A stretch of 60,526 bases of DNA, counting the filler, from Sphacelaria rigidula (Eukaryota): NCBI GenBank assembly GCA_964200075.2. It is 5 parts of 5 records of this genome, joined end to end, with 100 filler letters (N's around TTAATTAATTAA, not from the genome) between each part and the next. Parts side by side here need not be neighbours in the genome. Positions count along the whole stretch, not along the records: positions 48,504 to 60,526 come from CAXNAA020004219.1; 4 more parts are not named here. One strand, written 5' to 3'. Shown piece after piece: positions 50,308 through 60,526 of the stretch (positions within the stretch are counted from its first letter, which is position 1; every line of letters begins with the position of its first letter). Under the pieces are notes generated by a model that worked only from the letters and a program-made list of their open reading frames with translations, had not been told where the DNA came from and searched no databases. The position numbers were made by a program, and so were the translations under genes.

Positions 50308-51771
50308 TTGTTATAGGCGCGCCTGACTTCCCAAAATGAGCCTGAAAAGTGTCACCGACCAAAAGCAAGAACAGACCGGGGATCTCGTTCATCCCCTGAC
50401 TATGCACGCCGTAAAATCTCTCAAAGTACATTTGATTTGAGTAGGATTTCCATTTCATGGGTTCAAAGTTTTCTCGTCCCAGAATACGAACAAGGGCGTG
50501 GCTCGGCTACTCACCGGCGTGTATTCGTCCAAGCTACAATCTTCCCCGATGGTTTTACCAAAGACGTTACCGTGATCGAGAAAATCGCGAAAAAACACGT
50601 TTTTTTCACTTAATTAATTTTAAAACGCGCATCCTGATGGAAGAATCATCCAGCACTATAGAGCTGTCGTTTTGTCGCAGATGATACAAAAAGTCGCATC
50701 CCAATAGATTGCCGTGGCGATGAGTATTCTCTGAGACAGATTGGGTGATGATCGCAAACACGCGCCTCCAACTCTCGCCGGTCTCCACAAAACGCGAAAA
50801 CCTCACCCCTGTCTAACGGCCTCGGAATAGATGACACCCATGAATGACTCATGATAGTGCAGATGATTGATCCGTCAGATATATGGAATGTTCAACAGGT
50901 GTAGAACTTGAACAAACCTTCGACCGAACCCCCAGAAGCTAGGATCGTCTTCGTGACCTCGCATCAGCGAAGAGTACGGTTTACAACACTGGCCCTGACC
51001 CTAACCACAACGGAGGCATACCGAGAACCCTCGGGCAAGGGGGTGCAACGTGCTGCCTGGGCAAAAAGTGCGTTGCCGGAGCTCAAATCGGCGGGCGCCG
51101 ATGTAGACAAAAACCAGCTTCAGCGAAAGTGGGCTGTGGAACCATGGCAGCCGATAAATCAAGCTTCTCAAACCATGATGAGGTGGTTGACCAACACCCG
51201 CCCAGCCCACATTATACACCCGTTGACTATTCGCACTCCACTCGTCTATGTAAGGGCCGACCTCGCTGACGTTCATCAGTACATATGGCTTTGTCGTGTG
51301 TGGAGCACATCATGTTGACTGTGGAGCAGTCCACCTCCAGGACACGTACGTGCAGGTTCATGATGATCTACAAGTGGAACAATCTGCTGTAGGCGTTTTC
51401 TATTGGTTGACGGACTTGCGGGTCTGATCGGAAGACTGTGTGGATTTGAACATCACATGCTTCACGCATATGGTTACTTCCGATAGCGAAGGCTGTGTGT
51501 TTATGAATAACAACTGTCTTGAAATCTCCAGGCCCCGGTGAGGGAGGAAGTCCTTGGAGCAATCTTGTGACCTTGTTCTGAGTCCAGGAGGGCTCTATAA
51601 TAAACGTTTATTAAGAGGAACCCGCTGGTTTCTGGAAGAGGTTTGTCCGCTGTGGACAGCTGCGGAGAAATTATATCAAAATTTGAACACAGGAGTGTGC
51701 ACACTGTAACGTGGGGGAGCTCGCTGGCAACGGAGAGACGGCTGGGTTGGCTGGAAGTGTTGCGTGCAGCT

Positions 51772-53130
51772 ATGTCAACGCGCAAGAAAGTGGGTGATGG
51801 CAATGCTGGCGAAGAGGTGAAGTTTAAGTTTACTGAGCTTATGCCTGCAGGATCGCTGAAAGCCCCAGAGTACGGACGGCATTTTAGCGAAAATGCGTCC
51901 CGACGTTTATATCAGAAATACGTCGAGTATGAGGAGGCGGTCAAAATGAACAACAAAGGACGTAGCATGCAGGCCGTCTTACTGACTGTTACTGAACTGG
52001 TGCCGAGGCACATCCGTGCGTGTTTATCATACGCGATTTTTGACGGATCTCCGCTTGCCGAAGATGATCTCAAGGAGGCACTAGGCCGACACGCGAAATG
52101 TTGGCAGGATGAAGAGATTGATCCTTCAGTTGCTGCCGCTGGTGTGCGGAAAGCGATGACGGCCCGCAACGAGCAAACTACAATGGGAACAGTAGAAGGG
52201 CAGTGGGGTGCCCTGGAGGAATGTTTTGCGGCGAATACTAGAGCTGAGCGTGCGTTCCGCGATGATGCAGATTTCAAACCAGGACCCGCTCAAATGATCA
52301 CTCGGGAAATGTTGAATGGACTGACCCCCCCCCCCCCGAATTCAAAACCAAAGTCCTCAACATGTTGGACATGAAGGGGGGGTGGCAAGAGGACCCTGGG
52401 CTTGTGTTTAACACGGCTCGGGGAGCAGCGGAGGCATGGAAGACGGTGGAAGCGGCGGATAAGCAGCGCCGTCAGCAGTCGCGGCTGAAACAAAGGAGTG
52501 GCAACGGGACCTCCGGATCCAAACGCGAACCGAATGGTGGAAAAACGGCGACCGCTGGCAGTAAGACTGCTAATTCCAGGAAATCTCGGAAACCGGGCCC
52601 AAGCTATGCAGGTTGTCTGTCATGTGGAGACAAGGGCCACTTCGTGAAGGATTGTAAGCAGCAAAGCCAAGCTGCTGCTCCACAACATACTACGGGTGGG
52701 CAGTCGAAGGCCGGCGACAAGCAGCAGCTGTCGCAGGGCCCTGGACAGGTGCCTTGCGGAGGGGGCACGAGTCCCGCCCCTACAAGGGCTGTCTTTTCAG
52801 CCAATGGATAAAGTGCTCCCAGCGGAGGGGCGACGTTGCCACCAGAACCAGTCGCTTCTACTGGTGGCGTGCAGCAGACCATGTCATCGCACTCGTTTCC
52901 GGGTTCGAACTCTACGGCGGTGCCAGCATGGAGATCACTCAAAGCGGGTGAGGTGTCAGGTTTTCAATCTGAGGGTCTACAAGTAGATCACAAGGAAAGG
53001 TGGTGTCTTGCTGACCTGTCTGTCCCGAGTGCAGGGGCAAAGGGTGTTTGTCCGGTCAAGCCATTTTAGACTCGGGATCTAGAATTACGACCATGTCAGC
53101 TGGTGTAGCGGTGAAATTACAAGCTAGGGT
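51772..53130 (+). pseudogene. gag: gag-protease remnant of a second LTR retrotransposon family, truncated before RT
   Basis: Helical gag ORF with a frameshift in a C run (~52325-52337), CCHC knuckle CLSCGDKGHFVKDC, protease AILDSGSRITTMS. PBS-like TGGGGGAGCTCG at 51712. Confidence 0.8.
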
Positions 53131-55628
53131 TCTGATTTTTGAATGCGGTACACTCTTCCTCGATATGAATTTTGGATTCATTCCGTTCTCTCCCGATGAC
53201 GTAAGGCACTTTTCAACCTACGAGCCTGGATAAGCCCCAGAAGTCGGTCTGTTCGTCTCTGTTCGTGCTTTTGGTTGGTGACACTTCTTTTGCCCTTTCC
53301 GGGGGGGTCAGGCGCGCCCATATAACTGTGTCATGAGGTGAAGAGGCGTTTGTAATATCTCCTCCTCAGACTCGCAGGTCAAAGGCATTGTACAGATATA
53401 GGATTTTTGTGTGTAGGCGCACGGAACCTTGGGAAATTGCCGTGGCGCAGATGCGCTTCGGGGCAGGTGTAGGTGTTTTCCCCAGATTTCGGGGGGCAGC
53501 ACGCCTCCCGATGATAGACGATAGGTCCAGGAAAAGGCTTCGACCTCCCTTATTGTCCCCGCTCTCAGCTTGGACGTCCGGCCATCAACTACCACATTGC
53601 CCCTGGTGATTACTCGTGAAAGCTAGGAACGAGAACCGTCGGATTAATGAAGTGAGAACCAGCTTCCTACTTGAGCTTCCTATTTGATCTAACAGGTGCG
53701 ATAACCTTTAAGCGTGAAGCTTGGAGTGCTAGACACTCTACATCCGTTGAGCTTCTGTTGCACAAGATCGGGTTGGCTGATACAAGAGGTATTGCCTTAC
53801 CAACACCTTCATAACTGGGACGAAAGACGATGTAAACAGCTTTGCACCGCGTCACTCTCTTGGCTTTTTTTCGAAGCTGTATCGCTCACAAGCTGGTTCA
53901 AGCGCTTATCCGACTTAAAACCTTCATCGGCGAAACTTGACGCCGATTGTGCAGGGGTTTGACCCTGAAATTCTGCACAAATGTGATACGGGTCATCACG
54001 CATGCAAATTTCGAAGGTCGAGTTTATTTTTAAGTTGGATCCCGTCAGATCCCCGATAAACGGTAAAAGAAGAAATGAAAAAAACGCGTCCATTGTTATG
54101 GTATTTAAAGGGACTGGCCTCGATGAGGTACAGTAATAACCTCTTGGGTACACATAACTCGGATTCAAAGCAACATTTTGGATATGAAACTCCGATCTGG
54201 CCGTTCAGGGACGCGAGTTTCTTGGAAGGGTCTAGTTTGATATTCCGATTCGTTGACATCGGTTGACAAGGGGTTCATGTTGTATGGTTGAATGGGCCTG
54301 TCGGCATATTGTATGTTATGTACACAACGGATAGTGTTGCCGGAATGTTCCTTGTACTGGGATTGACGATAAGATAAACAAGCTATTCACTGTTACAGAC
54401 GGAACTTTGGATGTATGAGCCAGCAAGGTCTCGAATTTTCTCTATACCTGCCTGCTGTTGGCTTGTCGTTCTTGTATCATGACTATGTGTGAACATATAA
54501 TTCCTAGCGTAGGGTTATATCGGGTGACTCAATCTCCCCGTGATCACTCGCTTTGGCTACCTGAACACAATCAGCTTTGGCCTGCCCTTGCTCTGAGTTC
54601 CAAGTGAGTCCTACTGAAATGCCATAGTTGTGGGGACTATTGACTTCTAGTTAGTAAATGTCTAATTCAAGTGGATATCCCATTTGTGTAAACGCCTTGA
54701 ATCGAATTGCTCAACAGCGATCTGGATAAGGCGGATGTTCGTCACACCGCTTTACCTGCAGCAGGGCTGGAATCCTCGTGAAAAATATAGCTTAACTTTC
54801 CGAGGAGGCCCAATCCGCCAAGGCCCGTCTTCCACCCATCATCCGTGGTAAACGGTTCACAAGGGCAGTTCTCAGAGACTTATTTTTCAGTTTATGAGAA
54901 GCGGCCTCAGGGGGTATCTATACCCTAAATTACTGCATAGTTCATTCAAACTTGCGCAATGATCCATAGGGCATTTGTGCAAAATTTCAGAATCTACGAC
55001 TCTTAAAAACGGTGGGAGTTTTGCGCGTTCGTGCGATGAACTCTTCCGTGCAACGATAAAACCGAAAACTACTTGGTTTTAGTATGAAAATGATGTTTCT
55101 GGGCCTTCTGAGGTGAACATGAAAATTCAAGCACCATTAAATAGAGAAGGGCCGCGAAACTTTGTGGGGTCCTTCTTTGGGTTATGTGGCGACAACTTGT
55201 TTGAAAAACATTTGGAAAAAGAGTTCGAGGTGCCCGTTTTCCGGGGTGCCAGAATGGAGAATATTTCCAAAAACGACTTGGAACCCGTCGGACCCCGGAA
55301 AACGGTCAAAGTCAAGAAGTAAAAAACACTCGTCTCACAAAAGTTACATGATAAACATGGCACATTTGTGCAAAGTTTCAGGATCCAAGCCCCAATAACG
55401 GCGTGAGGGTTTGCGCGTTTGTGCGATGATATATCGTGCTAAGGACAAAAATGTATACCTCGACCAATCGGCACCCTTCGATTTGTTCTGAGATCGAAAC
55501 GACGAACTCCAAGCCCAATTTTCACCCACTATCATGCCAGTATGGCTTTAAACACAAATCCGGCTATGTCAAGCTCCTTCGCTGTCCATGGCGGTCAGTG
55601 AGATATCATGTATGCGACACTGAGTGCA

Positions 55629-55977
55629 TGTTGCGAAAGGCATAATAATTCGCTGATGGCACAGCGATTCGGGTGATAATGTAATATGGAGGGCTCCACA
55701 CACCTTCCTAGATGAGTATTTATCAATGTGCTGCAAGCTTGGTAAAATGCACAAGGTGCAATGTGTCCGAGCAGAACAAGCTGCAGGTGTGTGATTTACA
55801 CACAGGTTCACGTGACTGTTGGTCACCAGTAGCAAACAAACAAAGGAGCTCGAAGGCTTGGTATCTTGGTATTCTCGCTTATTATTCTCTTGCTTGCCTA
55901 GCGTACTATTCTCACCGAAGGTAAAACAGCAGATGCAGAGTGTCCAGCTCAGAGAGTGATCGAGGATGCATGCAACA
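55629..55977 (-). repeat. Candidate 3' LTR (349 bp) of the minus-strand Gypsy element
   Basis: TGTTGC...GCAACA inverted termini. On the minus strand it is preceded by the purine-rich GGTCAGGGAGGTTA (PPT-like). Confidence 0.55.
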
Positions 55978-56564
55978 TAACCTCCCTGACCTAAGCCCGA
56001 GAAGGCATTCCTCCTCCTCGGGGCTAGGGTATGCAAGTCTGCATGCCAACCTTCCCCAAACCTATGGGAGTAATCCCATAAACAGATCGAGTTATCTGTA
56101 AATCAATCTGCCCCAAAACAGTCTGAGGGAACAAACAACGCCTCTCTATCTTCCTTCCTCATGACACCCACCCAGACGAACCTTTGTTTGAGTTGCGATG
56201 AAATCTCAAGAGCAACTAAAATTGAGGCTTGTCTCACCCATCAAGTCATGAGGAGACAACGCGAAAAAAAACAGGAGGGCAATGACGAGCCCGTGCCCGA
56301 TCCTCCCACACCTCAAAGGGGAAAAACCAAAGGTGCGTCAAAAAGCGCAATTACGCAATTGCGGTTGACTGCGCAGTAGCACACAATGCTGCTGCGAGCT
56401 AGCGAACAGACGGAAAAAACACACAATGCTTTGACGCGCTAGCTAGAAAAAAAGCAAAGGAAAACCTCGGAAAGGACACGGTGGCAACCTGAAGCGGGGA
56501 AAGAGAAATTCAAGGATGCCAGCCGGACAAAGTGGTGGTAGCGTAGAGGACAATGGAAGAGGGC

Positions 56565-57290
56565 TGTGACGGTTTAAGAGACAACCTGCTAGACTACTGA
56601 CCAGTCAGCGTTGACCAGTTAGTCAGTAGTCTAGTTGGTTGTCTCTAACACCGTCACAAAAGTTAGTCGTGGGGGTTCAATCCCCGTCACTTTCACTCCG
56701 AGGAGGGCGACTCCCCTTGTCAGCGCTCTATCGACTGCAATCAGGACCTCTTGTGTTGTCTCTTCTCACCGTACCCTAGTGTTACTCGTCTCCCCCACTC
56801 ATTTCCAGAGTGTGTGCACCGGGGTCCCTAGCAGTACACTCCATACATATATCCCACCCTTTTTCTTTTGGGCCAATCTTTTACAGAGGTTTTCTCTCCT
56901 TGGAGCCAATTTTTTATCAGAGGTTTTCTCTCCTCTTTTTTTTCTTCAAAGAAAGTACGTCCGGAGGGAATCGAACCAGCGACTAACTTTTGTGATGCTT
57001 CAAGAGTCAACCTGCTAGACTACTGACCAGTCAGCACACACTCTTGCACACTCTTGGAATGAGTGGGTGAGACGAGTAACTCCAGGATACGGTGAAAGCG
57101 ACAACACTAAAGGTCCTGATTGCAGTCGATAGAGCGCTGGCAAGGGGAGTCGCCCGCCTCGGAGTGAAAGTGACGGAGACTGAACCCCCACGACTAACTT
57201 TTGTGACAGTTTAGAGATAACCTACTAGACTACTGATCAGTCAGCGCTGACTGGTCAGTAGTCTAGTAGGTTGTCTCTAAAACCGTCACA
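56565..57290. mobile_element. 726-bp fold-back element with TGT...ACA ends, 4-bp TSD, palindromic termini and tRNA-like A/B boxes
   Basis: TSD GGGC (56561-56564, 57291-57294). ~255-bp inverted arms. Terminal ~90-bp hairpins at 56565-56658 and 57202-57290. Three A-box/B-box pairs. Confidence 0.85.
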
Positions 57291-57479
57291 GGGCGAAGGA
57301 GATCGAAAGGAAGGCGTCGAAGGGGTCGATGAGGGCAGAGATGAACCGCGATAGGAGAGCCATAGTAGGTGAAGTAGTGAAGAGGAAGGCGTACCTGAGT
57401 GGGGATAGGGGAAATACCAGAACCAAACTGGGAGGGGAGAGAAAATCGCGATGAAGGGAGTGCAAAGAGATAGGACTCA

Positions 57480-60400
57480 AGATGGTGCATTGATGTCGTG
57501 TGTACGATCGATATTGCGCTGAAGGCCTCGGCGTAGGCCGTGTGACTTGAAGCGTTGTAGGCACCAAGAACCGCGGGGTGCGGAGGGCAAGTCGTGTATA
57601 AATCGGGGCGAAACTTGAGCTGAACGGGCCCAGGGTCGTCGAGGAAACGCACGATGTACATGTCGGCCGCGAGGGCATCGACGGAGTGGATCTGACCTAG
57701 CCACCAGAGGTAATCGCTGCCCTTATACTACAAATAGGGACCTTTAGGGAGCGGTTGTTGTTTTACGCGAATCTTTTTGTCCCATTGTTTGATGGTTATG
57801 AGTTCGTAACCACCGGCTACAAAACGTAATCTATTGTCGCGGTGGAGTTCGCGAGCTGCAGCACCATGTCTCATGTTGCGATATCCCTTGTTGTCAGCGA
57901 GCTTTTGCTGTGGTGATTGTGTCCAATAAAGAAGGATAGCACGACGGTACAGTTGAAGATCGGACTCGCGTTCCCAAGACGCACGCCGAAGACCTTGCCA
58001 ATGTGCCTTGTACATGACAGCAAATTTGCCGCCAGGACTTCGAGTGATTTGGTGGCCGGAAATGTGGGATACGGCCAAGCGGAGAGGTTGTTCAGTCACG
58101 TCATCGGTGGTAACCTTGTACGGTGGAGATTTTGTTGAGTAGCTGTTTAGCACATATTGTGTAAGACCTGCTCGCAGGTGTTGAGGCATGTCAGTAGTGT
58201 CATGCGGGTTCGTGCAAGGCTTGCAACGATGCACATAGACGCGAGATTTAGCGTCATGTCCCTGGAGGTCACCAGGTAAATCGAAGTAGAGGAGATTGTC
58301 GCCAACAGGCTTGCCGTCTGGAGAGGTTGGCGAGGATCCTACTATGAGAATCTCGGACGGACCCGTCCAATTAAGGGGCGGTTTGGTCTTCAAGACTGTT
58401 GCATGGGCAGTGCGGTCAGCGCCTTGACGGATGGTGGACAAACTGTTGTAGGTCCAGACCCAATCGCCGATTTTCCAAGTAGGGCGTTAGTGCATCAAGT
58501 TGTAGAGGGCGGTATTGGATCTTTCAAGGCGTGAGGTGTTGATAGCGTGTTGTTCGCGCACCAAAATGAAAGCCTTGCACTGACGAGCCCTGGTGAGGTC
58601 GTGGTAGGACAGCTGATCCTGTTCCAGACCTTGGTGATAATCGAAGGTATGTCTTTCGAAAACGGTGATGGGCAGTCGAGGGTAGCGTCCAAGATGCAGT
58701 TCGTTGGGCGAGAGGCCTGTAGCCGCGTTGACCGAAATGTTGTAAGACAGCATGACATGCGAAAGGTGAAGGTCCCAGTCATTCTGGCGGTCGTTTACGA
58801 CCATGGATAGCATTTGAGCCATAGTGTGGTTCACACGTTCAGTTCCACCGTTACCGTTAGGGTGGTAGGCGCTCGTGGCAATTTTGCGAATGCCGAGGAG
58901 CTTGTACAAAGCATCCGAGAGTTCGGTGCAAAATTATTGACCATTATCGGAGAGGAGCCGTGTCGGGCAGCCGTAGTGCTTAATGTAGTCATGGACGAGA
59001 ATATCCGCTGTGCCGGCAGCAGTGGAATGGGGAATCGCTAGCAGTAATAGCGTAAATACACGCGTGACGGCTGAAGCGATCGGTCAAAAGCAGAGTGAAG
59101 GTACTACCACGGTCAGTGTGGTAGAGGACCGAAGTAGTCAAACGATACGAAGTGACCAGGAGCGTTTGGAAGTTCCATGGAAATGACCGGTCATCGTATA
59201 GTTTGTCAAGAGATTTGGCGAGCCTGACATTTGAAACATCGTCGGATCCAAAAATGCGTGGATGCTTCCATGCCGATTCGCCAATAAAAGCGTTCGAGGA
59301 GCGCTAACGTGCGCGTGACGCCTAAGTGGCAGGACAAATCAGAGTGATAGCCTTTCATGATCCACAGACGCATCACGATAGGGACATAGATGCGGATAGG
59401 GGCGTCATGACGCATATGTGCCGGAGTGGCAGTTGTGACTGCGGCAGCCGTGCCCAAATGGGAGTTGGATCGCGAACAAGCAAATGGATGTCGTCGTCAG
59501 TCGCGGAGATGATACCTTTGCGTTCAAGCTCGAGCACTTCAGAGGCGGTGGGGGCGGATAGAGTGTCCACGGGGGTCAGGATCTCAGCCGGGAAAGGGGT
59601 GGGGCAGTTAAGCCGTAAGTACCGCATTGTCGCGCGACAGAGCGGTTCCTGTTGTTGGTCGCGAGCCCAATCGCGGTGAGAGTAGCTAGCGAGAAATTCT
59701 CGAAGTTGTCCTTCAGCCGGAGAGCCAACCAAACATGGTGGCTCAGGAAGGGGTGGCACAGGTGAGGAAGCAGGGGTGCCGACGTCAACATCTTGATCCG
59801 GAAGCGGATCTGACGCATGCGTATCACAAGTCAGAGGTGCAGGTGGAGGGAGATTCCCAGAAGGCAGCGTGGGGGTAGCGCGAACTGGTGAACGTGATCG
59901 GCGCGTTGGGCGCATAAGGGGCGCGGACTTTGTCGGTACAACACTGGACACGCGAACGGTTGTGGTAGGTGTTGTATGGCTCGTGGGGGCACGAGGCGGC
60001 GGCGGTGACGCATTGCTAAAAGCCGTCGACGGCGGCGGTGGGATCACGGCACGCGAAGAATTTGCGCGAGCTGCCGACCGAGAACGCGTGTTGTAGGGGA
60101 TGAGGTGAACAGTTGGTGGTGGCTGCGCCGAGATGTTCACGCGAGGGCCGAAAGTGCGGAAGTCGGCAAAATCGGCAGCTGTGGGCGCTAAGCCATCCAA
60201 AACTGCACCAGGGAGCAGAGGGCGGGGGCCCCCCATGTGCAGACTTGTTTCAGGGCATTGCAGATCAGGCGCGTAGATGGACGTAGAAAAACGCCGAATG
60301 GGGTAGACGCCTGGTTCATCAGGTTCAGTCAAGCTGCGAGCGGGACTAAAATCTACCGCTGTAGGGGGTAAAGGCAATCGCGAAAGAAGGTCAGCATTGC

Positions 60401-60526
60401 CGTTGGTTTTGCCCGGACGGTGTTTAACAGTGTACTGGTAAGCAGGCAAGAACTCCAGCCACCGTTGTACGTGGGGGTTATGTTCTCCAATCTTAGCGAG
60501 TTGTTCAAGAGCTCCGTGATCTGTAT
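57480..60526 (-). pseudogene. pol: pol C-terminal part: RNase H end, integrase, GPY/F-like, chromodomain, extension
   Basis: YQYTVKHRPGKTNGNADLLSRLP; YHSDLSCHLGVTRT..CFKCQ; AYHPNGNGGTERVNHTM; LNWTGP; MYKAHWQGLRRASWERESDL. Confidence 0.9.

Larger units (their letters stand above)
55629..60526 (-). mobile_element. Degenerate Ty3/Gypsy chromodomain-bearing retrotransposon, 3' half
   Basis: RNase H end, integrase, chromodomain, 3' UTR, PPT/LTR. The 5' part lies beyond the window end. Confidence 0.88.

Noticed and set aside
53640-54270. Fragmented minus-strand ORFs after the protease remnant
   Set aside because: No RT or other motif recognised; cannot assign.
56565-57290. Interpreting the TG..CA element as the 3' LTR of the adjacent Gypsy
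   Set aside because: It is preceded on the coding (minus) strand by pyrimidines rather than a PPT, has its own GGGC TSD, and a better PPT/LTR lies at 55629-55991.

Overview
Eukaryotic, repeat-rich DNA. The style of the Ty3/Gypsy elements and the one host gene suggest a stramenopile, probably a brown alga such as Ectocarpus (inference). The window is not a contiguous locus. It is five unrelated contigs of 12028, 12026, 12025, 12024 and 12023 bp, sorted by size and joined by an artificial 100-bp N44-TTAATTAATTAA-N44 linker. It holds one credible host gene (At3g28720-like predicted membrane protein, at least 2 exons, minus strand), two degenerate chromodomain-bearing Ty3/Gypsy retrotransposons, a third gag-protease remnant, a degenerate transposase-like region with two long fold-back palindromes, hAT-type MITEs with 8-bp TSDs, a TA-flanked MITE, a tRNA-derived SINE family and microsatellites. 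Two items are the most unusual. One is a 726-bp TG...CA fold-back element with a 4-bp TSD, built from tRNA-like Pol III promoter heads whose first ~45 nt are mirrored into terminal hairpins. The other is a dispersed retroposon 3' end with a poly(C) tail, one copy flanked by a 16-bp TSD. All family assignments come from motif recognition by eye, not database searches.
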